Positions 51,473 to 60,742 of a stretch of 64,000 nucleotides of DNA are shown one piece after another. The number at the start of each line of letters is the position of its first letter. Position 1 is the stretch's first letter. Source of the DNA: an uncultured Gammaproteobacteria bacterium (GTDB lineage Bacteria > Patescibacteriota > Microgenomatia > Woykebacterales > RBG-16-39-9b); NCBI GenBank assembly GCA_964360785.1, contig CAYHXX010000002.1:92107-156106 (forward strand). The letters are read 5' to 3'. The position numbers and the translations under genes are program-made. The notes under the pieces were generated by a model. It made no database searches. It saw only the letters and a program-made list of their open reading frames with translations, and was not told the origin of the DNA.

Positions 51473-51829
51473 ATGGTTAGTCTCAATCTAACTGCAGTAC
51501 TCGAAGAAAGTGAAGTGAAAGGACTTCGAGCGGGTCTCAAAGAGCTCCTTCGTTGCCAGAAAGAGTTAAGGTCATTAGTACCTGACCTTGACCATACAGG
51601 GCAGGTTGATATAGAGAATCTTCTCTTGACCGACCGACCAGAATTTGCACCACGGATTAGAATCCTGCTAAACACAATGCAGGACGTGAGGCAAGAAGTG
51701 CAGAAGGTCGCAGAGAAGGCATCTAAACGACTCCGAGAGTCTTTGTGTTCTGCATTGCTGCCTGGTTCTGAAACCTTCGTAGACAAGTTGGAGTACGAAG
51801 ACCTTCTAGATCAGGTGATGTCTTCGTAA
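51473..51829 (+). CDS. hypothetical protein (118 aa)
   Basis: Preceded by a TATAAT and a 5'-UTR hairpin CCTTGTCT/AGACAAGG. Confidence 0.45.
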   Translation: MVSLNLTAVLEESEVKGLRAGLKELLRCQKELRSLVPDLDHTGQVDIENLLLTDRPEFAPRIRILLNTMQDVRQEVQKVAEKASKRLRESLCSALLPGSETFVDKLEYEDLLDQVMSS

Positions 51830-52004
51830 GCCAGTCCCATTCCGCTCAACGAGACTCTAAATTTTATTTGGGGAGAAAGTGTCCTTTGGGTGCGAGGTGG
51901 GACAAAAGAGAAATCTTAAATCCTCGCCAATCCCAAGCAAATCTTTAAACAAGGTTTCCTTAGGACAAGTAACTAGCTGAAAGGCTAGTTTTTTGTTGGT
52001 AAAA

Positions 52005-52034
52005 AGTTCCCACATAATCGACTAGAGCGAGCCA
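52005..52034 (+). repeat. 30-nt repeat R2 (variant TCGACTAGAGCGAGCCA), directly after the CTAGC..GCTAG terminator at 51973-51994
   Basis: Sequence identity to R1, R3, R4 and R5. Confidence 0.6.
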
Positions 52035-52143
52035 ATAAGGCAAGTAATTGTGGTCTTGAAAAATAGGATTAAATTCATTAAGATTTTGACTAGGAATTAA
52101 GAGAACCGTTCGGATAAATCGAAGCGGTCTTTTGATTCTTTGG

Positions 52144-52167
52144 CTAGCTATTAAAGGCTAGTTTTTT
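52144..52167 (+). terminator. CTAGC-TATTAAAG-GCTAG hairpin plus T-run (copy of the AAAGGCTAGTTTTTTGTT element)
   Basis: Perfect 5-bp stem plus a T-run of six. Confidence 0.45.
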
Positions 52168-52181
52168 GTTACACTAAGGAA

Positions 52182-53048
52182 ATGGACATATTATTTGCTT
52201 GGGTTGCTTCTATTTCCTCAGGTATCTCACCGCTTGTAGTTAAAGCCTCAAGTAAATCGCTAATAAAGAACCCCTGGCTTTTTAATCTGTTGTGGATTGC
52301 CTTTGGTATCCCGCTAATAGTAGCTCTGGCTCTGTGGCAGGGTGGGGGTTTACCGAAAGATTGGTTGTCAATAACATTTTTAGCAATCAGCTCAGCCTTG
52401 TTTTACGCGTTGTACACAATTTCACTTTACAAGATTGACGTTACAACAATGGGGCCATTGTTTAGCCTTAGGACAGTCTTCGCCGTTATATTAGGAGTTG
52501 TAGTCCTACACGAAAATGTTAGTCCTTTTGGGTTAGGACTAATTTTACTGATTGTATTGATGAGCCCTTTTGCCGCGTACAACGAGAACTTAAAAATGAG
52601 AGCTTTTTTCCAGAAATACGTTCTAGTAGCAGTTGCTTCTATGGTCTTTCTCGCTCTTGATGGTTATTTTACTAATATCTCAGTTAATAAAAATGGTTAC
52701 GCAACAACTTTGTTATGGCAGGACCTCCTTACGCTAGCTCTACTTCTACCAACATTAAAGTTCGTAAAAAAGGAGGAAACAGGGGAGTTTAAGACCAAAA
52801 ATTTCTACCCATTTATGCTACTTGGACTAACCCACTTTGGGTATCTTGTTACTGCCAATCTGGCTTACGCCCACAATCTTGCTCTGAGTAGTGTCGTTGT
52901 GTCTCTACCGCTATCAATGGTGTTTGCCTATTTGTTGTCTCGACGATACCCGAAATTTTTGGAAAATCATTCTTCAAAAGTGTACTTGATACGTTTTTCT
53001 GCCGCATTAGTGATGGTTAGTTGTGCTATTTGGTTGAGTTTTCTCTAG
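52182..53048 (+). CDS. ten-TM membrane protein, DMT/EamA-like transporter (weak call)
   Basis: 288 aa, hydrophobicity pattern of an EamA duplication. Confidence 0.55.
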   Translation: MDILFAWVASISSGISPLVVKASSKSLIKNPWLFNLLWIAFGIPLIVALALWQGGGLPKDWLSITFLAISSALFYALYTISLYKIDVTTMGPLFSLRTVFAVILGVVVLHENVSPFGLGLILLIVLMSPFAAYNENLKMRAFFQKYVLVAVASMVFLALDGYFTNISVNKNGYATTLLWQDLLTLALLLPTLKFVKKEETGEFKTKNFYPFMLLGLTHFGYLVTANLAYAHNLALSSVVVSLPLSMVFAYLLSRRYPKFLENHSSKVYLIRFSAALVMVSCAIWLSFL

Positions 53049-53078
53049 ATTCTAATTAGCGTAAGTTGTTTGGTAGTG

Positions 53079-53108
53079 GGTTCCTACGTAATCGACCAGA
53101 GCGAGCCA
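53079..53108 (+). repeat. 30-nt repeat R3 followed by a conserved hairpin (53109..53153)
   Basis: GGTTCCTACGTAATCGACCAGAGCGAGCCA then GAAAAAGGCGACCGAAATCCTTCAGGCGTCTTTTTC. Confidence 0.6.
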
Positions 53109-53213
53109 GAAAAAGGCGACCGAAATCCTTCAGGCGTCTTTTTCTAGTTTTGGAGTCGGTGGGAGCCTTTTGGGTTATTTGACATGTAAGTAGCAACTTG
53201 AGAGCATGGTTTT

Positions 53214-54260
53214 ATGGAGTCAAATCAGAAAACTCATCCTAAACCATTATCCCAACCAATTATTCAACATCAACCATCCAATACCACCCCAACTAATTCT
53301 CCTTCAAAATCAAAACTAAAAATTTATATTGCAACCTTTGTAATAGCTATTTTGCTGATTAGCATTGGCGGGCATATGTTAAGTAAAACTAAATTCACAA
53401 AACCGACATCGACACAAGACTCTGTGTATTCGCCAGCGTCTATCCCGACAATACCCGCAACAAGCGCATCCGCCATTACTTCACCCCCATCAAGTATGGA
53501 AGGTATTAATACTCATACGGAATTGTATAGTAATACTGGTGCTGATCAAAATCTAATTACACTTGGTCCCAAAATTGACAGTTATTCAAGATCGATGCCC
53601 TATCTTGGAAAACGTGGATTCGAATTCGAACTTGATAGTAAAGCACCGCTACTTGCGCCTATGGATATGATATTAACAGGATTTCAAAATAATAGTACCG
53701 AATATGGGATTGGAGCAGACGGGCAAAAATACACACCAATGAACGACCTCATGTTGTCTTTTGAATCCGACAGTCCTGATTGGCCAGGCGTAGTTATTGT
53801 TTTATATCATTTATATACCTCACCTTTAATACCTGGGCACTATCAAAATTCAGATTGCGGCGATATTGAAATAGGTTCTAATAAATTCCAATCCGAGGGA
53901 CATCTTTTCTTTGCATATGATGATTACACAGTCTCACCAAAAAATAACGCAGAAGCTTGCCAAGCGCTCATCGGATACAAGGTAAAGCGTGGTGAACTGA
54001 TTGGATATGCAGGCAATGTAGGCGAGCACTCCTTTGCTTCATTCTGTTTCAAGGTGCCAGACAAATCAATAAGTCCGATTGTAAAAAAGGGAAACCAAAA
54101 TCTGCATTGGGTTCAGCCGGCATCGTTCTTCTATTGGAAGAGTTACAGCCCTGATGCGGATTTCCCGCCTGGAGTGCTTGCGTACCCCTTTGAAATTGAC
54201 GGCTATCAGCTTCCTGCTAAACAACATGATGTGAATTTTAAGTACACCTCAACGAAATAA
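53214..54260 (+). CDS. hypothetical membrane-anchored/secreted protein (348 aa)
   Basis: Pro/Thr-rich N-terminus, TM anchor, large exodomain. Confidence 0.55.
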   Translation: MESNQKTHPKPLSQPIIQHQPSNTTPTNSPSKSKLKIYIATFVIAILLISIGGHMLSKTKFTKPTSTQDSVYSPASIPTIPATSASAITSPPSSMEGINTHTELYSNTGADQNLITLGPKIDSYSRSMPYLGKRGFEFELDSKAPLLAPMDMILTGFQNNSTEYGIGADGQKYTPMNDLMLSFESDSPDWPGVVIVLYHLYTSPLIPGHYQNSDCGDIEIGSNKFQSEGHLFFAYDDYTVSPKNNAEACQALIGYKVKRGELIGYAGNVGEHSFASFCFKVPDKSISPIVKKGNQNLHWVQPASFFYWKSYSPDADFPPGVLAYPFEIDGYQLPAKQHDVNFKYTSTK

Positions 54261-54287
54261 AATATGTTCTAACATCGCCCACTAGGT

Positions 54288-54361
54288 GGAGCCAGAAAAA
54301 GGCGACTGAAATCTTTCAGGCGTCTTTTCTCGTTTTCAGGGATGAGAACCTACGTGAGAAT
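54288..54361 (+). repeat. degenerate repeat end (GGAGCCA), then a conserved hairpin (54295..54332), then the 30-nt element GTTTTCAGGGATGAGAACCTACGTGAGAAT
   Basis: The same hairpin-plus-30-mer arrangement follows tRNA-Asn at 49111..49179. Confidence 0.55.
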
Positions 54362-54477
54362 AGTACTTTTGCGAAGCAAATGCAGAGAGCGTTGGCGACC
54401 CACCTACGAAGCCAGTTTATTCCGTTACCTATTGACAATAATTAAGAAAACTCAGAACATTGATACAATGCCAGATC

Positions 54478-55106
54478 AAGTTTTATCACATCCTCAAGAT
54501 CGTTCGGGACCCAACACTAAAATAATAAGTCTTATTATTTTTGTTCTTGGGGCAGTTGTAATTTTATCCGTGGCTGGTTTTTGGTATTTAAGAGACAAAC
54601 AGTCTCCAGATTCAAATGAAACCTCAACAAATAGTAGTTCTTTAAATAAAAAGGAAAGCCTTGAATTCTACGCCCCTGCTTTTGTGCCTGAAGGTTATAA
54701 AATTTATGAGAGTTCATTAAAAGACTATTTCAATTACGGGCCAAACTATTATGAGATTGTTTACATTTATGGAAACAACAATAGTAATGATCCTTTTCCA
54801 TTTAATATCACCTCTTTTGCTAAACCATCTTATTTCAACCCCCCTACTGACTGTGGTTGGCAAAGACCTGACCCAAGCACCCGAAAAGGCAATCATGTGG
54901 AACAAAAATGCCGGTTGGTTGCAACACTAGCTAATGGGTCGGACGTGTTTTATGCGGAACTTTTAAACGATGCTGGGTCAGTGTATTACACCAAAATAGA
55001 TAATACTGAGATTACTTTAGGAACGGGTATAGGAACTTCTAGAGCCCTAATAAACGAACATGATGCAATAAAGGTACTTAACTCTCTAGAGAAGAAATCA
55101 CAATAG
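54478..55106 (+). CDS. hypothetical membrane-anchored protein (true start likely MPDQVL.., codon 43 of the track ORF, which starts inside the repeat)
   Basis: The track ORF 54342 begins within the conserved 30-nt element; TM helix after the internal Met; a promoter-like TTGACA lies upstream. Confidence 0.5.
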
Positions 55107-55139
55107 TAGTTAAATACGAACTTAACCCCTTTTGTAAAA

Positions 55140-55170
55140 ACTTCCCAACACACTCGACCAGAGCGAGCTA
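55140..55170 (+). repeat. 30-nt repeat R4 (ends GAGCTA)
   Basis: ACTTCCCAACACACTCGACCAGAGCGAGCTA. Confidence 0.55.
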
Positions 55171-55174
55171 AGAA

Positions 55175-55726
55175 TTATTTTATTTTCCTCTTCCATGCAA
55201 GGACTAACAAAATCAGACCAGCTGCCTCTAGTAGAATACCTATTAGCTGCATAGTGCTTGCAGCCGAAACCCAACTTGCAGCTTCTTCCAAATACCAAGT
55301 TCTCTTTAGTTCTATTGCAGAAGAAACCCACTTGACCACTTCGATTCTGTAAAGAGCGGCGTTAAAAAAGAAAACCAAGGCCACCGACGCCAGGGTAAGT
55401 CCAAGTAAGGCCTTGATTTGGTTTAGATCCAGCTTGTTAAATAGAGGCTTGGATATATCAGTAGCCGCTTTGTTCTTAAGAAGCATCAGAAAGCTAACCA
55501 CCAAAAGTATAAAAGCTATAACGAAAGCAATCCCTGCACCCCTAATCCAATTCCAGCCAACTTCGGCATAGGCATCCAGAGGCTCTTCTTTATAAGCAGC
55601 TAGCCAACCGAAGCCTTCAAACAAATAAACTGTAGCAAAAACGAGTAAGCTTATACCGATAGAGACGAAAACAACACTTATCCAACCGCTCTTTTTGTTA
55701 AAGTCAAAACGCTGAAGGTAATTCAT
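55175..55726 (-). CDS. four-TM membrane protein (183 aa)
   Basis: Hydrophobicity profile. Confidence 0.5.
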   Translation of the reverse strand: MNYLQRFDFNKKSGWISVVFVSIGISLLVFATVYLFEGFGWLAAYKEEPLDAYAEVGWNWIRGAGIAFVIAFILLVVSFLMLLKNKAATDISKPLFNKLDLNQIKALLGLTLASVALVFFFNAALYRIEVVKWVSSAIELKRTWYLEEAASWVSAASTMQLIGILLEAAGLILLVLAWKRKIK

Positions 55727-55881
55727 TTATTTAATTATACAAAATTTCTAAGATAAAAAGCTCCTGACTTCGTTTACAAACGGTGCCAATTTGTTTTCCT
55801 TCCCTCAAGTTGCTTTTCCAAAATTTTAGTACTAAAATTCCGACAACCAAGCAAGCATGGGGAGCGGTTACGGAGGGATCC

Positions 55882-56676
55882 ATGAGTAACCTAAACAGTA
55901 CGGTGCTGGTGGCCGACAACGATCTTGGTGCGCAGAGGCTGTTCAGGATTGCGCTGCTAAAGCAGTTCAACGTCCACACAGTGGTGCCAAACGGCGATCA
56001 AACCACGCTTGAGATGTTTGCAGCTCTTGCACAGACGGTTCTTCCTGATCTGATCATACTTGATCCACAGACGACGGGATTGTCAGTGCAGGCTGTCCGA
56101 AAGGAGCTGAAGACACCACTCATGGTAGTTTCGGGTCTATGTGCGGACACCAATATACGTTTGTCCTATCTGAACGACGGTGCCGACGACAGTCAGACAA
56201 AGCCGTTTGGCGGTGATGAGCTAGCTGCCAGAATTCGGGCTGTTCTTCGGCCCTACGCCCGCCGCACTTCTGAGCTGAGAGATGTGATCGAGATTGGAGA
56301 TGTCTGCATCGACCTGAATAGCAGGCTCATCACCAAAAGTGGAAAGAGCATCACGCTCACCCGGACTGAGTTCAATCTTCTTGAGATGATGGTGGGTAAG
56401 GTAAATTGTCTGCTTAGCTACGGACAAATCCTTGCGCACGTTTGGGGTCCTGAGTATGTAAACGATTCCTCAAACCTGCAAAACTGGGTCTACAGGCTGC
56501 GGGGCAAGCTCGAAGACGACCCACGACACCCGCGTCTGATAAAGACCTTCCAAGGAATTGGCTACATGTTGTGTCAGCTGGGTGTAGAGCCAGAGTTGAC
56601 CGACCAGTTCTCAACTGTAGACAAGACAATAGAGTTGCCTCACGAGATTCAAGAGAGAACTCCGGCATTGGTTTAG
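55882..56676 (+). CDS. OmpR-family response regulator (orphan, high-GC)
   Basis: Receiver domain features (LIILDP, VVSG, KPF) plus a winged-helix C-terminus (LTRTEFNLLEMM..VWG); about 55% GC; no histidine kinase nearby. Confidence 0.7.
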   Translation: MSNLNSTVLVADNDLGAQRLFRIALLKQFNVHTVVPNGDQTTLEMFAALAQTVLPDLIILDPQTTGLSVQAVRKELKTPLMVVSGLCADTNIRLSYLNDGADDSQTKPFGGDELAARIRAVLRPYARRTSELRDVIEIGDVCIDLNSRLITKSGKSITLTRTEFNLLEMMVGKVNCLLSYGQILAHVWGPEYVNDSSNLQNWVYRLRGKLEDDPRHPRLIKTFQGIGYMLCQLGVEPELTDQFSTVDKTIELPHEIQERTPALV

Positions 56677-56851
56677 CCCTGTCCGGAGCGTAAATTGGAT
56701 GTCAACTAGGCCAGCATCCCACCGCACCCGAAGCGCCCTAGTTACTATGACGGGCGTATGCGACACGACGGTGGGGTTTGGTACGGGAGGTTGTTGTGAA
56801 AGCACGGCCTTCCTTCTTTATTTAAGAACAGAATAAAGTAAAATTGAAAAA

Positions 56852-57394
56852 CTAATTTAAGGGTTGAATGTTTGGGTGCTCGGCTTTTTCATCGACGAGA
56901 TATTTATAACCAATTGGTTCGACTGTATCGATTCCTAAAACTTTTACTAAATCTATTAGCTTATCTTCAGCGAAAACGTGTTTAGAAGAAAAGACGTTAT
57001 TAATTTGATCTTCAGTAACACCTTCTTTAGCAATTTCTTTAAGCAGGGCACCGTGATTATTTTCTGTTATAAGCTTTTGAGTATCCTCGGACTCATCTTC
57101 AATAAATTCCTCCAAACTTGTAAACGCATCAATTAAGTCACCATTTTTGTAGTAATAGTAAATGAGAGCATCGCTATCGTGTACAAGAAAAGCTATCGCA
57201 GGACATCTAAACATACTTGAACAGGTTTGAGTGAAAGCATGGAGTGTAGCAATGTCTTGTTCCTCAGTTTCTTGAGGGTAAATAGTTATCCAAATTGGAT
57301 TCGAAGAAACAAAAACCTTTTTGTCTTTTAAGGCTACTTTAATAGTCTCAAGATCGTTGGTTTTAAGACTAATATTTGTGAAGAAAGCTCCCAT
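56852..57394 (-). CDS. hypothetical protein (180 aa)
   Basis: ORF only. Confidence 0.45.
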   Translation of the reverse strand: MGAFFTNISLKTNDLETIKVALKDKKVFVSSNPIWITIYPQETEEQDIATLHAFTQTCSSMFRCPAIAFLVHDSDALIYYYYKNGDLIDAFTSLEEFIEDESEDTQKLITENNHGALLKEIAKEGVTEDQINNVFSSKHVFAEDKLIDLVKVLGIDTVEPIGYKYLVDEKAEHPNIQPLN

Positions 57395-57460
57395 TAAGAA
57401 AATAATAGCAACTATTATTGAAAATAAAAAGTTTCAACCCTCCTTCGCTAAAGCTTCGTA

Positions 57461-57490
57461 AGGTCAGGCATTCTCGACCAGAGCGATCCA
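57461..57490 (+). repeat. 30-nt repeat R5 (AGGTCAGGCATTCTCGACCAGAGCGATCCA) followed by GGTTTTTTGTTGGTTAA
   Basis: Sequence identity with R1-R4. Confidence 0.55.
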
Positions 57491-57562
57491 GGTTTTTTGT
57501 TGGTTAAATTAAAAGGGACGGGCCATCGGTTCGAGAGCCCATCCCTTTGCTGACATTTTGTC

Positions 57563-58261
57563 CTATCTTCGGGCGAGCAATATTTGCGGTGTCTTAGCCT
57601 CTTCCTCAGCGGTTCTCTTCCGTTCTGCCTCGCCAGTCATTGGAACAAAGGCCACCGAATCCAGATAGTGCTGCTCGAATCCCCCAGCCGTCTTTGTCAA
57701 GACAAATAGGTTCTGCATTGAGTCTTGAGGGCCAACCGGAATCACCAACTTGCCTCCAAGAGCAAGCTGCTCTTTGAGTGCAGGTGGAATTTCAACCGGT
57801 GCAGCCGCGACAACAATTGCATCGAATGGCGCTTTTTCGGGCCAACCAAAGTAGCCGTCACCTACTCGAATTTCGACTGAGTAACCGAGCCGTGACAGAC
57901 ATTCACTTGCGGTGCGAGCCAGAAGCTCGTTGATCTCAACCGAGTAAACTTCCACACCCATCGCTGCTAACACTGCGGCCTGATATCCGGAACCAGTGCC
58001 AATGTCAAGAACTCGCTGACCTGGTTTGGCACCAGACAGTTGGATCGTGGCAGCAACAATGAAAGGCTGACTGATCGTCTGACCCTCTTCTATTTGTGAT
58101 GCGTGGTCGTGGTAGGCGTGTTCAGACACTTTCGGAGGCATGAATTTGTGTCTTGGCACTTTGTACATGGCAGAGAGAACTAGCTCATCATTGATCCCCC
58201 AAGGTCTAAGGTGCTCTCGGATCATCTGTAACCTGTCCAGGCAATAGTCGAGTGTCATCAT
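57563..58261 (-). CDS. pcm: protein-L-isoaspartate O-methyltransferase
   Basis: SAM motif VLDIGTGSGYQAAVLA and ISQPFIVA; start probably MMTLDY (the track ORF extends to 58312). Confidence 0.8.
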   Translation of the reverse strand: MMTLDYCLDRLQMIREHLRPWGINDELVLSAMYKVPRHKFMPPKVSEHAYHDHASQIEEGQTISQPFIVAATIQLSGAKPGQRVLDIGTGSGYQAAVLAAMGVEVYSVEINELLARTASECLSRLGYSVEIRVGDGYFGWPEKAPFDAIVVAAAPVEIPPALKEQLALGGKLVIPVGPQDSMQNLFVLTKTAGGFEQHYLDSVAFVPMTGEAERKRTAEEEAKTPQILLARR

Positions 58262-58422
58262 CAGACACGCTCCTTTCGAAGTCTCACCGGCGATCTTACC
58301 AGTGAATCCCAATTTCCGGAGAAATTATACCAGAAGTGTGCAAAAGTACCTTGGCTAGTTTTTTGTTGGTGTAACAATATTTCTCCTGTGTCGGCATTTC
58401 CCGACATAGGCTGTTCGTACCG

Positions 58423-59361
58423 TTATTCTGGGGTTTCAAGTTCGACTTGAATGTGGTGGACTGTCGGTTCTTTAGTTTGTACAACCTGTTTGATCCGATC
58501 AGTGAGTTTTTCAATCTCATCCGTATCGAGATCATCCTGCAAATGCACTTCCAGATTTACCAAAAGCTTTTCCGGCCCGAGGTGCATAGTCCGTAGGTCC
58601 AAGACCTCCTTTACTTCTGGTATTTCTAAAGCCGCTGTTCGTATGTTCTTTTCTACTTCGGGAGCAGCGCTGTGGCCAACTAGTAAATCCTTGACACTTT
58701 TAATAAGTAGGAAGGCAAGAATTGCCAGGCTCAGTCCAATTACCATTGCACCGAGACCATCAAAACGTTGTTCGCCTGTAATACCATATAGAAATAGAGA
58801 CAGAAGCCCAATAATTGAGGCTATTGTCCCCATTAGGTCAAGGACAAAGGCAGTTTTGGTCTCAATCAAGGCAGAAGAGAAGAACTTGTGCAAAATTGTT
58901 CCCGAACCACCAGTTTGGCCGAGTCGTCGATAGCTAAGTGAAAAAGAGTAAGCATTGGTCAGGGCTGTTACTACCAAGACAATATAGGCAAGTAGAAGGT
59001 TGTGGACTTCTTCTGGGTGTAAAAACCGCTCAAAGCCAAAATAAAAAGAAAAAGTAGCAGTGACAAAAAGTGTGATCTGGGCAGATATCATCGCCCAGAA
59101 ATACATTTCCCGGCCATGTCCAAAAGGGTATTTTTTGTCAGGAAGTTTGTTTGACGCTCTGACCCCGAGCAAAAGAATCCCCGAGCTGGCCAGATCCGCA
59201 ACTCCTTGTAGTACTTGAGCAAGCATGACTACACTTCCTGACATGAGTGTAATGACCAGGCTTGAGCCAACATCCAAAGCATCAACGATAAAACTAGTCA
59301 GGACAATTTTCTTTGCTGATGGAGCGGAAGAGACTTTTGGCGGAGATTCGAAATCGTTCAC
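58423..59361 (-). CDS. cation diffusion facilitator family transporter
   Basis: Six TM helices plus a C-terminal cytoplasmic domain with HSAAPEVE. Confidence 0.8.
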   Translation of the reverse strand: MNDFESPPKVSSAPSAKKIVLTSFIVDALDVGSSLVITLMSGSVVMLAQVLQGVADLASSGILLLGVRASNKLPDKKYPFGHGREMYFWAMISAQITLFVTATFSFYFGFERFLHPEEVHNLLLAYIVLVVTALTNAYSFSLSYRRLGQTGGSGTILHKFFSSALIETKTAFVLDLMGTIASIIGLLSLFLYGITGEQRFDGLGAMVIGLSLAILAFLLIKSVKDLLVGHSAAPEVEKNIRTAALEIPEVKEVLDLRTMHLGPEKLLVNLEVHLQDDLDTDEIEKLTDRIKQVVQTKEPTVHHIQVELETPE

Positions 59362-59560
59362 AGGTAATTATTATAACAAAGTTAGCTGCTTTTGAGGAGC
59401 AGGAAAGCGAGTTTTTTAGAATATAAGTTTCGAAAAGACTTATAGTGTTGTCTTTTTAAGATTAATTTGCTATAATTTCCCAGAAATTACGGTTCCAATC
59501 GGAATTGGACCTGTTCTTTGACAACAAGTACCTCAACAGAGGTTAGCGGAGGAGATCAAC

Positions 59561-60538
59561 GTGGTCACGGTAATTAAGGATCTTTCGGGGGTGTTTGGGC
59601 GCAAGATCAACACCTTAGTCGGGCACGAACGCCCCGATGCCGATGTCTTTCTCTGTTTCTGGATCGCCCTGCGGTTTGGGCTTTGTATAGTCAATCCCCT
59701 GTACCGTTTTGTTCGGTCTGGGGAAAGACTGGAAAGTGGTGAAGGCGACCCCCAAGTTCTACACGTAGACACAGGTTTGGGGGAGTTCGATACTCACGGT
59801 AAGGGCCTAGGACGAACTTGTGCTGCAGCTCTGCTGGCGGAACGGCTTGGTATAGAAGACCTCCCCGGAATTGCTGATCTGCTGGAGTGGGTGACCAAGA
59901 TCGACAACGCCGAGCTGCTGCTGGACTACACCGACATGTCCTACTACATACTGGATCTTCCGAAACTCGAGGAGGTCAAGGACTGGCGGGGAAGGGTTGA
60001 ATGGGTCAAGGTAGTTAATCTGGCCTACAGGGAGTTTGACAGGCAGTACCAACGGGGTCTTCAGAGGCATCAGAACCGAACCATCGACCTACCCAAGTAC
60101 GCGCAGTGGATCATGACCCCAAAGAAGGAGATTCGTGTCTGCACAATACTTGATCGCAGCTACCTTCGGATCACCGCCTTTGAGGCCGGAGCTGATGTGG
60201 TTGTTTGGACGCAACCCATGGACGGAGCTTTCCACGCTGGGGTTGACATCAACCCAACCGGCGAGAGCCCTGATCGAGTAGAACTGCGGGAGTCTCTCAG
60301 TCTACAGGCAGCTGCGGCTGTGCTCCGTTGGCAGGAGGGACAGAAGCGAGGGTTGGATCTGGATGTGAGCGAATTGGTTTACTGGGGTCAACTACCACCA
60401 GTTCCTAACTGGTTCCTGTATGACTCCAACAAACTGATACGCTGTGGAAGTGGCACACACCCATTGCGTAAGGAGGAGGAGTTCACCAAACTAACCGGTG
60501 AGGAAATAGTACAGGCTGTCATCGCTTCACTGGACTAG
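59561..60538 (+). CDS. hypothetical protein, possible DHH-family phosphoesterase-like, higher GC
   Basis: GHERPDADVF resembles DHH motif I; about 54% GC. Confidence 0.45.
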   Translation: MVTVIKDLSGVFGRKINTLVGHERPDADVFLCFWIALRFGLCIVNPLYRFVRSGERLESGEGDPQVLHVDTGLGEFDTHGKGLGRTCAAALLAERLGIEDLPGIADLLEWVTKIDNAELLLDYTDMSYYILDLPKLEEVKDWRGRVEWVKVVNLAYREFDRQYQRGLQRHQNRTIDLPKYAQWIMTPKKEIRVCTILDRSYLRITAFEAGADVVVWTQPMDGAFHAGVDINPTGESPDRVELRESLSLQAAAAVLRWQEGQKRGLDLDVSELVYWGQLPPVPNWFLYDSNKLIRCGSGTHPLRKEEEFTKLTGEEIVQAVIASLD

Positions 60539-60637
60539 TTGACAGACAAGTCGGAAAAATCACGGTATCAGGGCTAACCGACAATAGCCTTTTTCTAAAG
60601 ATAATCTCTAGACAAGAGGATAGCTTTAGACAAGCAG

Positions 60638-60675
60638 CAACCCGAAGCTTAACGCGAAGGGTTGTTTTTTGTTGG
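60638..60675 (+). terminator. rho-independent terminator (CAACCC/GGGTTG stem) plus TTTTTTGTTGG
   Basis: 6-bp stem, 15-nt loop, T-run. Confidence 0.5.
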
Positions 60676-60742
60676 TTAATAAATTTTATTTAAGTAACTA
60701 TTCAACCTTGGTTTAATCTCGAGAAAAAGCTAAAATATATTC

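Noticed and set aside
49036-57490. Classical integron (attC with RYYYAAC/GTTRRRY cores) as the explanation for the repeat-punctuated array
   Set aside because: The 30-nt repeats are direct rather than imperfect palindromes. No GTTRRRY core fits consistently, and no intI-like gene is present. Tandem integration at a tRNA site is the preferred explanation.
51350-57490. The 30-nt repeats as additional tRNA genes or tRNA pseudogenes
   Set aside because: They begin GGTTCC and end GAGCCA, like a T-arm start and a 3' end. But no T-stem, acceptor pairing or other cloverleaf arm can be drawn. They are at most tRNA-end-derived att remnants.
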